From contig CBFDBS010000002.1 of the NCBI GenBank assembly GCA_965603105.1, forward strand, positions 1 through 33,757: a DNA stretch of 33,757 bases. Reading direction: 5' to 3'. Origin of the DNA: an uncultured bacterium (lineage in GTDB: Bacteria > Acidobacteriota > Aminicenantia > Aminicenantales > Aminicenantaceae). Both the position numbers and the translations under genes were made by a program. Of the stretch, positions 1-9,058 are shown one piece after another; position 1 is the first letter of the stretch, and each line of letters begins with the position of its first letter. Under the pieces are notes generated by a model. It saw only the letters and a list, made by a program, of their open reading frames with translations. It made no database searches and was not told the origin of the DNA.

Positions 1-1
1 C

Positions 2-1123
2 ACGATCGGATCACAACAGCTTGAAACGATGAAAATCACTTCTTTCGACGCCTGGGTTGATTTTGTTCTTCCTGAACAGGGAGAAAACTTCAATACCTCC
101 TTTGTCTTTGGTGAACACAGGGTCCCCGCATCTTTTTCCTTCTATGAAGGGGAAAATCCAGCCGAGGGGGATGAAAGATTCATTAATGTCACCATGAGCC
201 AAGCGGAAGATCTGAAATGGGGAGATGCCTTTGAAGTTTTGAACCTGGAAGGTTCAGGCGTTCTGGGCAAAGGCACGGTCCTCTTCCCTTCCGCTCAAAA
301 GCCTGTCGGGGGGAAAAAAGCGGCCCAGAAAAGAAAGGACTTGCTTCGATGTCTCTTGGGGAGTGAGAGCGAAATGCTGGAGGCGCTCACTTTGGAGAAA
401 GGGATAAAAGGTTTGGGGGAAAGAGAAATTCTTGAGCTCACTCCCTTATCCGGCAAAACTCTTGCCAGCCTGAGTCAGAAGCTGGAAGCGCAAGGTCAAA
501 TCAGGATTCTCTCTTTTTATCCTCTTTTCCTGCTCTCCCAGTCCGGATTTGATTTTCTCTGTGAAAAAATCCTGGCCTTCCTCCAGCGCTTCCATGAGAC
601 TCATCCCGATGAACGAGGGGTGCCTATCGATGCCGTCAAAAAAAAATTCGACCTCCCCCCCAGGGTTTATTCCCTTGCCTTAGGGCATCTCTTCCGCGAA
701 GGGAAGATCAGTGAAACAGAGGATTGCCTGGCGCTTGCGGGCTTTAAATTGGCCTTAACACCGGAGGAGGAGGCCCTTCTCGACAAAATGGAAGAAATGT
801 ATCTTGAAGGAAAGCTTTATTCTGTCTCTATGGGGGATCTTCAGAAACGGTTCCATCTGTCTGTCAAGCGGCTGGAAAATCTGCTTTCTCTCTTGACGGA
901 GAGGAGAAAGATTGTCAAAGGCAAGGACGGATTCATCCTTCATTCTCAGTGGTTGAATGAACTGGCGGCCCGGATCAGGAATTCTGGAAAGACAGAATTG
1001 AGCGTGGGGGACTTCAAAGAGATGACGGGACTGTCTCGAAAATATGCCATCCCTCTCCTCGAGCTTCTGGATCAAATGGGAATAACACGCCGGAGAGGAC
1101 CCCTCAGAGAAATTTTGAAATGA
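2..1123 (+). CDS. selB: selenocysteine-specific elongation factor SelB, C-terminal part (5' end outside window)
   Basis: The frame is open from the window edge, with no stop between nt 2 and the first ATG at 29. The C-terminal sequence SRKYAIPLLELLDQMGITRRRG is the characteristic last winged-helix (SECIS-binding) module of bacterial SelB. Repeated helical modules upstream fit the other WH domains. Confidence 0.7.
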   Translation, partial: TIGSQQLETMKITSFDAWVDFVLPEQGENFNTSFVFGEHRVPASFSFYEGENPAEGDERFINVTMSQAEDLKWGDAFEVLNLEGSGVLGKGTVLFPSAQKPVGGKKAAQKRKDLLRCLLGSESEMLEALTLEKGIKGLGEREILELTPLSGKTLASLSQKLEAQGQIRILSFYPLFLLSQSGFDFLCEKILAFLQRFHETHPDERGVPIDAVKKKFDLPPRVYSLALGHLFREGKISETEDCLALAGFKLALTPEEEALLDKMEEMYLEGKLYSVSMGDLQKRFHLSVKRLENLLSLLTERRKIVKGKDGFILHSQWLNELAARIRNSGKTELSVGDFKEMTGLSRKYAIPLLELLDQMGITRRRGPLREILK

Positions 1124-1132
1124 GGAGTTCTC

Positions 1133-1435
1133 TTATTCCAACCGGAGTTTCAGAAGCAAAGCCTCCGGTTTCTCAGTAAAAAACTCGATGGAATTGGATC
1201 CTGTATAGAGGAAATCGCCCAGCTCCGAGAGGGAAAGCTCAAATATAAACCGATTCTCCTCAGACTCCCTCGAAGCCGCCTCCTTGTCATTGATCTTGAT
1301 GCGGATTTTGAGGGGAGATTTTTCCGGCTCCAGCCTCCTGACTAGAATACTCAAACTCTTGTCCTTCATGAAGAGGTATTGACCACGGAGAGAAAATTCC
1401 GCAAACCCATAGGGGAGCACATACGATGCGTCCAA
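1133..1435 (-). CDS. hypothetical protein; possibly the 3' continuation of the 1287-1679 ORF after a frameshift
   Basis: 100-codon ORF with a TTG start whose frame is open only up to the TAA at 1466-1468. The composition looks protein-like (beta-rich, IKINDKE...FIFELSLSELGDFLYTGSNSIEF). There is no convincing SD of its own. Confidence 0.4.
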   Translation of the reverse strand: MDASYVLPYGFAEFSLRGQYLFMKDKSLSILVRRLEPEKSPLKIRIKINDKEAASRESEENRFIFELSLSELGDFLYTGSNSIEFFTEKPEALLLKLRLE

Positions 1436-1679
1436 GCCATATTTGGGGCAGGGTGAGAAACTGGTTTATAGTTTTCAGCCGAGACCACCTGTTAAGCAGC
1501 AGATAGATCAGAAGGGCGAGAGGAAGACCGAAACTCAGGAAATCGTAGTATGTCCTTTTGACGGTAAAGTCCGACATGTTGAAGCGGGACAGTTCTAAAA
1601 TTTTGATGACCAGAAAGAGAAACAGGAGTTTTAACACTGGATTTTCATCCGGAAAACGGAGAGAGGCCGGCATTTTCAT
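1287..1679 (-). CDS. hypothetical membrane protein (N-terminal ~80 aa convincing, remainder looks out of frame)
   Basis: ATG start lies 5 nt after the upstream gene's stop. There are two hydrophobic helices (LKLLFLFLVIKIL, FLSFGLPLALLIYLLL). After about residue 83 the sequence becomes W/C/P-rich and looks like nonsense, overlapping the better-looking 1133-1435 frame. Confidence 0.35.
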   Translation of the reverse strand: MKMPASLRFPDENPVLKLLFLFLVIKILELSRFNMSDFTVKRTYYDFLSFGLPLALLIYLLLNRWSRLKTINQFLTLPQIWLGRIVCAPLWVCGIFSPWSIPLHEGQEFEYSSQEAGAGKISPQNPHQDQ

Positions 1680-1684
1680 CTTTT

Positions 1685-2713
1685 TTATCTGAGAAAAAAT
1701 CCATGCTTCAATGGATCTTCAGGATCGATGCAAAATTGGCTGCGGCCCACGATATAGGCGCTTCCGCTGACTTCGGGAACGACGGCCCTGTATCCCCCGT
1801 AGTCCAGAGTATCGACAATCCGGCCGGTGAAGCATGTCCCCAGGATGCTTTCGACGACAAACGGTTGCCGGATATCGATTTCTCCGCGGGCGAATTGCAA
1901 AGCGGCGCGAGCGCTGACTCCGGTACCGGTAGGGCTGCGGTCCACTTCTCCATCGGCAAAGACACATACATTCCGGCTGTGGTGGGATTCATCATGGGCA
2001 GGGCCCACAAATATCGTTCCGTAGAGAAAGCTCAGGTCCTCCTCAAAGGGATGCCGGATGAGGACACTTTCCATAATCGCCTTTTTGATGCGTCTTCCCC
2101 GGTCGATGAGTTCAGGATATTCGTCGGCAACAAGCTGGAGGCCGAAATCTTCTGCCCTACAAAAGACATAAAAAGCTCCTCCATAGGCAATGTCATAACA
2201 GACCTCCCCTAATCCCGGGACCTGAATGGACCGGTCGAGAGAGTGGACGAAAGAGGGAACATTCTGGAAGGAGACACTCTGAACCCGACCTCCAACGAGA
2301 TTTGCTCTGGCCTTGATCTTCCCTGCCGGTGTTTCTAAAAGCAGGTCGGGGCTGTCTATATCGAACTCGATCATTCCTGTCTCGACCAACACGGTGGACA
2401 GAGCGATGATGCCATGCCCGCACATGGAGCTGTATCCCTGATTGTGCAGAAAAAGGACTCCCAAAGTGCTGTCCTCTTTTTCCGGCTCAGTCAGGAGGCA
2501 GCCGTACATATCCGCATGGCCCCGCGGTTCCCACATCAGGGCCTTCCTCAAATGGTCAAAATTGTCGCGGACATAACGGCGTTTGGCAAGCAGGGTGGAA
2601 CCAAGGATGGGCGGGAAGCCGCTGGTGATGAGGCGGAAAGGCTCGCCGGCTGTATGGGCATCGATTGTCGTTATCTGGATCCAATCGGAAGGAGGCTCCC
2701 ATTTGAGTTTCAT
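1685..2713 (-). CDS. proline racemase-superfamily enzyme, Cys/Thr type (predicted trans-3-hydroxy-L-proline dehydratase)
   Basis: Family motifs are present: GYSSMCGHG (first catalytic Cys) and DRSPTGTGVSA (Thr where racemases and epimerases have the second Cys). I set the start at the ATG at 2711-2713, preceded by AAGGAG. The longer ORF up to 2953 overlaps the upstream gene and its extension is Arg/Trp-rich junk. Confidence 0.85.
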   Translation of the reverse strand: MKLKWEPPSDWIQITTIDAHTAGEPFRLITSGFPPILGSTLLAKRRYVRDNFDHLRKALMWEPRGHADMYGCLLTEPEKEDSTLGVLFLHNQGYSSMCGHGIIALSTVLVETGMIEFDIDSPDLLLETPAGKIKARANLVGGRVQSVSFQNVPSFVHSLDRSIQVPGLGEVCYDIAYGGAFYVFCRAEDFGLQLVADEYPELIDRGRRIKKAIMESVLIRHPFEEDLSFLYGTIFVGPAHDESHHSRNVCVFADGEVDRSPTGTGVSARAALQFARGEIDIRQPFVVESILGTCFTGRIVDTLDYGGYRAVVPEVSGSAYIVGRSQFCIDPEDPLKHGFFLR

Positions 2714-2789
2714 TTTGTTCTCCTTAGCTGCGCAGTCTCCCTCGGCCCTAGCCAGCCGGCGCGGGTACCGCTCTGAAAAAACAGCAGGC

Positions 2790-3782
2790 TCACAAGCTAA
2801 TTTCCTGGCCAAGGCCTCTGGATTGAGCCTCGGCAAGAATGATTCGCGCCACCGCCATGTCCTGAACGGCCACTCCAACGGATTTGAAAAAGGTGATGTC
2901 CTGCCTGCCCGCCCTGCCCTGGATCTGTCCGCAAGCCAGCTCTCCAATTTCACCCCTCACATGCGACCTGTCAAAAAGACCGTTCCGGAGGGGAATAATT
3001 AGATCGCCGGCCTCTTCCCATACCGCAGAAATGGAATCGACAAACACGCATGCCCTCAGGACCGTCTGAGCGGGGATCTCCTGCATGGCAGGTGTGTAGG
3101 AACCGACGCCGTTGAGATGAACGCCGGGTTTTATGCTTCCGTCTTCAAAGACAGGGGAGGAAGACGTTGTGGCCGTGCAGATGACTTCGGCTTCCGCTGC
3201 GGCTTGGTGGGGGGAGGTGGCTACGGCTATCTCTTGCGGGATCGGGGCTCCTCGTTTTCCCATCTCCTCGGCGAACAGTTCGGCGGCCCGAGGATTCGGA
3301 TCATAAATCCAGGCCCTGCGAATGGACCGGACGGTACAGACCGCTTCCAGCTGTGTGCGTCCCTGGGTGCCGGCGCCGAAAATGGCGGCGGTAGCGGAGT
3401 CTCTGCTGGCCAGCAAGTCAGTTGCCACTCCGGATGCTGCCCCCGTGCGCAAAGCCGTAAGAGAAGTTCCGTCCATTAAAGCTTGAGGGCGTCCGGTTTC
3501 GGCGTCCAGGACGATGACCAGACCGTGGAGAGTGGGCAAAGATTTTCGCAGATTATCAGGGAATACCGAGACGATTTTTGCTCCGAGAGATTGGCTTCCA
3601 GGAAGATAGGCGGGCATGAAGAGAGAAATCCCGTTTGTTTTTTGGACCTGGATCTGGGTTCTCATCGGGATGACCGCCTTTTTTTGTGAGAGTTCGATAA
3701 AAGCCTCTCTGACAGCGGAGATGGCTTGACTCATGGTAACGGTCTGTTGAACATCTTGCCGGTTGAGAACGAGAATTTTCAC
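2790..3782 (-). CDS. ornithine cyclodeaminase / mu-crystallin family protein (ornithine cyclodeaminase or delta1-pyrroline-2-carboxylate reductase)
   Basis: 330 aa with a Rossmann GAGTQG motif and typical family N-terminus (MKILVLNRQDV...AV..AF). GTG start at 3780-3782 is preceded by GAGGAGGG, which overlaps the stop of the upstream gene. Confidence 0.8.
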   Translation of the reverse strand: MKILVLNRQDVQQTVTMSQAISAVREAFIELSQKKAVIPMRTQIQVQKTNGISLFMPAYLPGSQSLGAKIVSVFPDNLRKSLPTLHGLVIVLDAETGRPQALMDGTSLTALRTGAASGVATDLLASRDSATAAIFGAGTQGRTQLEAVCTVRSIRRAWIYDPNPRAAELFAEEMGKRGAPIPQEIAVATSPHQAAAEAEVICTATTSSSPVFEDGSIKPGVHLNGVGSYTPAMQEIPAQTVLRACVFVDSISAVWEEAGDLIIPLRNGLFDRSHVRGEIGELACGQIQGRAGRQDITFFKSVGVAVQDMAVARIILAEAQSRGLGQEISL

Positions 3783-3796
3783 TGTTCTTTCCCTCC

Positions 3797-4951
3797 TCAG
3801 ACGACTCTCTTTTCTCCTTGGAGCGGGGCTCCAGTGAACCGATCGGGAGAAAAGGGAGTCAGGTCAAATTGGGTCCGTCCGTCGGAGATGAGGTCGCTCA
3901 AAATGCGTCCGACAGCCGGACCGTGCTGAAAACCATGCCCGCTGAAACCAATGGCACAGTAGAATCCTTCTATCCCGGGGATGTGGCCGATGATAGCGTT
4001 TTCGTCAGGAGTTATAGTGTAGAGCCCTGCCCATCCTTTCGCTATTTCTGCCTCCTCAAGCAGAGGAGCTCTGTGACAGGCTGCTTCAATAACCCGCTCC
4101 ATAAAAATCCGGTCGACCTGTGTGTTGAAGCTGGAGGGTTCCTCCGGGTCGCTTTTCCCCATAAGAAGTCCCGGCCCTTCCTCCCTCATATAGAACAGTG
4201 AGTCGAAGTCCAATATCAAGGGGACGGGTTTGGATATGACGGGGAAGGGTTTGGTGACAAACACCTGTCTTCTGAAGGGAAAAACTGGATAATTGCGGCC
4301 CACCATGCGGCAGATCTCTCCTCCCCATGGACCGGCTGCATTGATGATTACCGGTGCGGATACGCTCCCCCGGACCGTCCGGAGACCGGTCACTCTGTTC
4401 TCTTTAAGGGAAATCCCAGTGACTTTCGTTTTTTCATAAACAGCCACGCCGGCGCTCCTGACGGCTCGAGCTATAGCCATCGTGACTTCATAGGGATCGG
4501 CGTATCCGTCCTCCGGACCGAAAGTCCCCCCGAGCAGATCTTCGCATCGGAGATAGGGCCATCGGTATCGAACTTCCTCTGCTGAAAGGAGCTCGACGGG
4601 AACGCCGAGGGAGCGCTGTGTCTGGATATTGGCCTCAAAATCAGACCAAGTGTCTTTCCTTTGGGCAAGAAAAAGATACCCCACTTTTTTGAATTGAAGG
4701 GATATGCCGTGTTCCTGCTGGAAGGTCTCAAAAAAACGCAAGGTGTCTTGGGACAGACAGATGTTGGAGGGATGGGAGAACTGCTGCCGAATTCCTCCCA
4801 CGCTCAGGCCTGTCGAACCTTGGGCCAGAAGATCTTTCTCAAAAACAGCGATCTGCAGTCTCTTGTGTTGAGCGAGAAAATAGGCAGCGCTGATGCCCAG
4901 GATGCCGCCGCCGATGATGGCGACATCGGCGGTTTTTATTAAGGTGCTCAT
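3797..4951 (-). CDS. FAD-dependent oxidoreductase (DAO family; sarcosine oxidase beta / proline or D-amino-acid dehydrogenase-like)
   Basis: N-terminal dinucleotide fold ADVAIIGGGILGISAAYFLA. Size is 384 aa with a DAO-type C-terminal GFSGHGFQ motif. Confidence 0.8.
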   Translation of the reverse strand: MSTLIKTADVAIIGGGILGISAAYFLAQHKRLQIAVFEKDLLAQGSTGLSVGGIRQQFSHPSNICLSQDTLRFFETFQQEHGISLQFKKVGYLFLAQRKDTWSDFEANIQTQRSLGVPVELLSAEEVRYRWPYLRCEDLLGGTFGPEDGYADPYEVTMAIARAVRSAGVAVYEKTKVTGISLKENRVTGLRTVRGSVSAPVIINAAGPWGGEICRMVGRNYPVFPFRRQVFVTKPFPVISKPVPLILDFDSLFYMREEGPGLLMGKSDPEEPSSFNTQVDRIFMERVIEAACHRAPLLEEAEIAKGWAGLYTITPDENAIIGHIPGIEGFYCAIGFSGHGFQHGPAVGRILSDLISDGRTQFDLTPFSPDRFTGAPLQGEKRVV

Positions 4952-4976
4952 CCCGATGACAGCAAAGGAGCCGCGT

Positions 4977-7175
4977 TTATTTCCTTCTTCTTTTCGGTTT
5001 TTTCGGTTTTTCCGGCTCCTTGTCCTTCTTTTTATCCAGAGCGAACTTCAATTTATCGGCAAAGATTGATGTCGCCGGCTTTTCTTCGATGTATTCCTTG
5101 TAATCTTCCTTCGCTTCTTCTTTGATCTCTTCTAGGACAGGCTCTTCCACCTTCACCTGTTCCTCATCCCCGGCCTTTCTAGCAAAAAGGGCTTCAAGTT
5201 CAGATTCTTCGAGCTCTATCCGTTCTTCTAGGATCCTTTTGACGCCTCTCTTGCCGCGCGCGGGTCTATCCAAGTCAGGCTTCAATCCCTCTTTTTTCCT
5301 CTTAGGGAGTTTTTCCTTTTTGGAGGGTTCCTCAGGAGGCTTTTCTCTTAGGGGAATAATTTTCTTCTCTTTTTTAACAGGGGGTGGCTCCATCGGACGT
5401 TTCCGTGTGGGTGCAGGCCTGGCGACTTCAGGTTTCTTAATTCTTGCCGGCACCTTTTTAACCGGCTCGATCACCTCAATCACCTTGGTCCCTTCGGGGA
5501 TCTGGATCTCACCTACGGTCCCAATTTCGGGGAGGGTCTCTTCTTCCTTCTCTTCCAGGGCTCCTGCGGCAACCTTCTCCACTAATCCTCTTTTTTCTTT
5601 TTCCAGATCGATTTCGGCTTCCATCTCCTCTTCGGTTCGATAGAGAAAAAGACCTTTTCCCTTTTCGGACATGGAAAATTCCGGGGAGTTGAGGAGAACA
5701 CTCTCCAGGTCTTCGATGGTTGTCCTTCTGATGACATCGACAAGATGAAAAGCCCGCTGGTAGTGGAGAGAAAGAGCCTCTCCATCCAGACCGAAATTCT
5801 TAAAGATGACAATCAGCAGTTCTTTGAGATCAGCCGATTTGAGCTGACTGTCCAGATCGAGAAGGGCTTTCAGGGTCTCGCGCTCGATATGGATGATTTT
5901 ATTGGGGAGCGAGAAGGTGAAGGCTTCGGTACCGCTGTCTATGAACCTGTCTTTGGCCGGATCGTAGGTGAGGATGGGGGCTTCCAGCTTTTTCTTCGCT
6001 TTTTTCAGGCTGAATTGGCAGTGAGTCAGATCGGTTTTCTCTATGGTCAAACTTGCCCCTTGGGGCACATTGTTTTTTTCATAGAATTCCTTCAGCCCGA
6101 AAAAAACATGTGATGAAGGATAGTAGAAGACGATGTAGTCCTGGCCGCTTTCCGAGTCAGTGAAGATGTATTCCCTCGCTTGTGTGAAATGCCTGTTCAA
6201 TGCTTTCGGAATCTTGATGCAGCCGGAGAGGACTTCCCTCCATGTGAGATAAAGCTTCAGGGGAAATTCCTGAGGAGGCGAGATTGCTCCGACATTTTCC
6301 TCTTCCATAGGGGGAATTTTAGCCTTGGATTTGGAAATGGGGAGGTTCACCAGGAACGAATCGAGAGTTTCCTTGGAAAACCATTTCCCCCAGCCCTCGG
6401 GTGAAGTGAAAATGATTTTTTTCTTGTATTCATTTTCAAGTGTGTAGTTCAGACTGAGGCAGAAGAGCTCGAAAGATTTATCGTCCGGAGGTGTTTTGAA
6501 CAGCTGGGAGACAATGTCGGAGGTCGACGAAGACTGCTGGGCGTCCTGGAAGTGTTTTTCGAGCGCTTTCTTGTCTTTGTCCTTGATTTGAATTCTTTTT
6601 TCTTCCAGATGCCAGTGTTTACCCCAATTGAAAAAAAGAGAAGATTTGGAGAGGGATGACCGCAGGCTTGTCTCCAGCTTTTTCATGTCCTTGTCGGTCA
6701 TGGGAAGTTCGTTCAAACGGGGATCGTCCTTTTTTTGCAGAATTTCGGCTGTCTTGCCCCGGCCGTCGCAGTTACTCGGCAGGAGAACTTGAGTCCTGGT
6801 TTTTTTCATATAGTCGATGTGCTTCCGGAAAATCCCGCCCCCCGTGTAATCGACCTCCAGCATTTCGCAGTTGAAATCGGGCAGGGCGATCTTGTTGACG
6901 ACTTTGATGACGACGGCTCCCTTGAAGGGTTCGGCTCCCTTGCTGCTGACAGTTAAAGGTTCATCATATTCCTTGTAAATCAGGTCGTCGATTTCGTAGA
7001 TGCAATCCGGATCGTATTTTTTCGCTTCGAGACGGAGCTGACTGGCAGTTTTTTTATAGGCCACTTTTTTAACCAGCTCGTCCAGTATGGCTGGAGCCCG
7101 AGTCTTGGTTAACTCTTTCTCGAGGAAGGCAAGATCGGTATCTATGACTTGGGTGTTTTCGTTGACTTTTTCCAT
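4977..7175 (-). CDS. hypothetical 732-aa protein with ~200-aa Lys/Glu/Pro-rich low-complexity C-terminal tail
   Basis: Uninterrupted 2.2-kb ORF that starts 2 nt after the argF stop and ends 25 nt before the next gene's start. The first ~520 aa look globular, but I recognise no motif. The tail ends ...KKKDKEPEKPKKPKRRRK. Confidence 0.75.
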   Translation of the reverse strand: MEKVNENTQVIDTDLAFLEKELTKTRAPAILDELVKKVAYKKTASQLRLEAKKYDPDCIYEIDDLIYKEYDEPLTVSSKGAEPFKGAVVIKVVNKIALPDFNCEMLEVDYTGGGIFRKHIDYMKKTRTQVLLPSNCDGRGKTAEILQKKDDPRLNELPMTDKDMKKLETSLRSSLSKSSLFFNWGKHWHLEEKRIQIKDKDKKALEKHFQDAQQSSSTSDIVSQLFKTPPDDKSFELFCLSLNYTLENEYKKKIIFTSPEGWGKWFSKETLDSFLVNLPISKSKAKIPPMEEENVGAISPPQEFPLKLYLTWREVLSGCIKIPKALNRHFTQAREYIFTDSESGQDYIVFYYPSSHVFFGLKEFYEKNNVPQGASLTIEKTDLTHCQFSLKKAKKKLEAPILTYDPAKDRFIDSGTEAFTFSLPNKIIHIERETLKALLDLDSQLKSADLKELLIVIFKNFGLDGEALSLHYQRAFHLVDVIRRTTIEDLESVLLNSPEFSMSEKGKGLFLYRTEEEMEAEIDLEKEKRGLVEKVAAGALEEKEEETLPEIGTVGEIQIPEGTKVIEVIEPVKKVPARIKKPEVARPAPTRKRPMEPPPVKKEKKIIPLREKPPEEPSKKEKLPKRKKEGLKPDLDRPARGKRGVKRILEERIELEESELEALFARKAGDEEQVKVEEPVLEEIKEEAKEDYKEYIEEKPATSIFADKLKFALDKKKDKEPEKPKKPKRRRK

Positions 7176-7177
7176 TT

Positions 7178-8098
7178 CTACTTCTTCATTCCCATTAATA
7201 ATAACATAATGGCTTTTTGGATATGAAGCCTGTTTTCAGCCTGATCGAAAACCACGGACTGAGAGGAATCGATGACTTCATCGGTGACCTCTTCACCCCG
7301 GTGGGCTGGGAGGCAGTGCATGAAAAGAGCGTCCGGTTTTGCTTGGGCCATAAGCTCCCTATTCACTTGGAAGGGAATGAATATTTTTTTCCTTTCTTCT
7401 TTTTCGTCTTCCTGGCCCATGGATGTCCAGGTGTCGGTGTAGACGGCATCCGCCTTCTGAACGGCTTCAGCCGGATCTCCGGTGATCAATAGATCGAAGC
7501 CGGTCTCTCGACCGTCTTCTTTGGCTTGAACAATGATTTTCGGATCAGGCTCGTACCCGGCCGGAGTGGCCACTTTCATTCTTGCTCCTGCTTTGGCTGA
7601 GGCGAAGAGAAGGCTGTGGCAGACATTGTTGCCGTCTCCAATATAAGCCAGAGTGAAATCCGTCAGATCTCGCCGCTTCTCCTTGATGGTGAAGAAATCG
7701 GCCATCCCCTGACAGGGGTGGAGGGAATCGGTGAGCGCGTTGATGACCGGAACACGGGTGTGCTTGGCCAGGTCGACAGCGATTTGATGGTCGAACGTTC
7801 GGATCATGATCATTTCCACCCAACGCTCGAGGTTCTTACCGATGTCATAGGTGCTTTCCCTCCGTCCCATTTGGATATCCGACGGGCCGAGATAGACAGC
7901 TTGGCCTCCCAGTTGGAGCATCCCGACCTCAAATGTCATCCGGGTTCGCAGCGAAGGCTTCTCGAAAATCATGGCCAGAACAGAATTTTCGAGTGCGTTC
8001 CTGTAGAGCTTGGGATTTTCCTTGACCTGGCGGGCTTTATCCAGAAGTTCATGGAACTGGTAGATGCTTAAATCGTGAATAGAAAGAAAATCATCCAT
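7178..8098 (-). CDS. argF: ornithine carbamoyltransferase
   Basis: Motifs SLRTR (SxRTR), HPCQ, GDGNNV, TDTWTSMGQE (ornithine SMG loop) and HCLPAHRGEEV. An AGGAG SD sits upstream. Confidence 0.9.
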   Translation of the reverse strand: MDDFLSIHDLSIYQFHELLDKARQVKENPKLYRNALENSVLAMIFEKPSLRTRMTFEVGMLQLGGQAVYLGPSDIQMGRRESTYDIGKNLERWVEMIMIRTFDHQIAVDLAKHTRVPVINALTDSLHPCQGMADFFTIKEKRRDLTDFTLAYIGDGNNVCHSLLFASAKAGARMKVATPAGYEPDPKIIVQAKEDGRETGFDLLITGDPAEAVQKADAVYTDTWTSMGQEDEKEERKKIFIPFQVNRELMAQAKPDALFMHCLPAHRGEEVTDEVIDSSQSVVFDQAENRLHIQKAIMLLLMGMKK

Positions 8099-8107
8099 AC
8101 TTGTCTC

Positions 8108-9058
8108 CTATATGGGGGCCGTTATCCGTGTCCCTGAGCGGTTGATGAGAGCTGCCTTCAATTGGTTGGCGGATGTGATCATGACTTCTTTGCCTCCTCC
8201 CTGGATATATTCGATGGCGGCTTCGATTTTCGGTCCCATCGATCCGGGAGGGAACTGTCCTTGTGAAAGAAATTTTTGTGCTTCCGCCACGGTCATCTCC
8301 AAGATGGGCTTTTCCCTCGGCGTTCCGTAATCCAAGCAGACCTGAGGAACAGTGGTTAAAATGATAAACAGGTCGGCGTTGGCCTCCCTGGCTATCAAAC
8401 TCGAGGTGTAGTCTTTGTCGATGACGGCTTCCACCCCTTGGAAAAGACCTCTTCCGTTGATGATGACAGGGATCCCTCCTCCTCCGGCTGCGATGACAAT
8501 CTTTCCAGAGTGCACAAGTTCCCTGAGCACGTGTTTGGGGACGACATCGATGGGCTTGGGGGAGGGAACGACTCGCCGGTATCCCCGGCCGGCGTCTTCC
8601 ATCATCGACCATTTTTTCTCGCGCATGAGCATCCGGGCTCGATACTCCGAGTAGAAAGGACCGATGGGTTTGGAAGGCTGGACAAAAGCCGGATCGTCCC
8701 TGTCGACAATGACCTGCGTGACCAGGGTGGCCACATCTTTGTCAACGGATCTTTTTCGGATTTCATTGATAATGGCTTTCTCCAACATAAAGCCCATGCT
8801 CCCCTCGGTCATCGCATCGCATATTTCAAGAGAGAAAGGCGGAATCTTGTTGATAGATTCCTCCATTTGAATGAGCAGATTCCCAACCTGGGGTCCGTTT
8901 CCGTGCACAATAATGAGGTCAAAACCTTTCTGAACGACATGGATCATCAACCTCGACGCTTTTTCCGCGTTCTTCATCTGCTCGTTCTGCAGACCGCGTT
9001 GATGCTTGGGGAGAAGAGCATTCCCTCCGAAAGCGATCAGGGCGATTTTCCTTTTCAT
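8108..9058 (-). CDS. arcC: carbamate kinase
   Basis: N-terminus IALIAFGGNALL and the IVHGNGPQVG motif. Size is 316 aa. The start overlaps the upstream stop (TGATG). Confidence 0.9.
   Translation of the reverse strand: MKRKIALIAFGGNALLPKHQRGLQNEQMKNAEKASRLMIHVVQKGFDLIIVHGNGPQVGNLLIQMEESINKIPPFSLEICDAMTEGSMGFMLEKAIINEIRKRSVDKDVATLVTQVIVDRDDPAFVQPSKPIGPFYSEYRARMLMREKKWSMMEDAGRGYRRVVPSPKPIDVVPKHVLRELVHSGKIVIAAGGGGIPVIINGRGLFQGVEAVIDKDYTSSLIAREANADLFIILTTVPQVCLDYGTPREKPILEMTVAEAQKFLSQGQFPPGSMGPKIEAAIEYIQGGGKEVMITSANQLKAALINRSGTRITAPI

Noticed and set aside
2714-2953. 80-codon N-terminal extension of the proline-racemase-like ORF (ORF-track start at 2953).
   Set aside because: It overlaps the 3' end of the upstream OCD-family gene and has a Trp/Arg-rich non-protein-like sequence. 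The internal ATG at 2713 has a perfect AAGGAG SD and matches the family N-terminus.
1-4951. Selenocysteine recoding near selB (an in-frame TGA splitting an ORF, followed by a SECIS hairpin).
   Set aside because: All neighbouring genes are intact single ORFs. The only split gene (1133-1679) changes frame, and the relevant upstream stop is TAA, not TGA.
5122-5643. 173-aa Ser-rich plus-strand ORF.
   Set aside because: It is the antisense product of the purine-rich Lys/Glu-coding tail of the 732-aa gene, so it is a low-complexity artefact.
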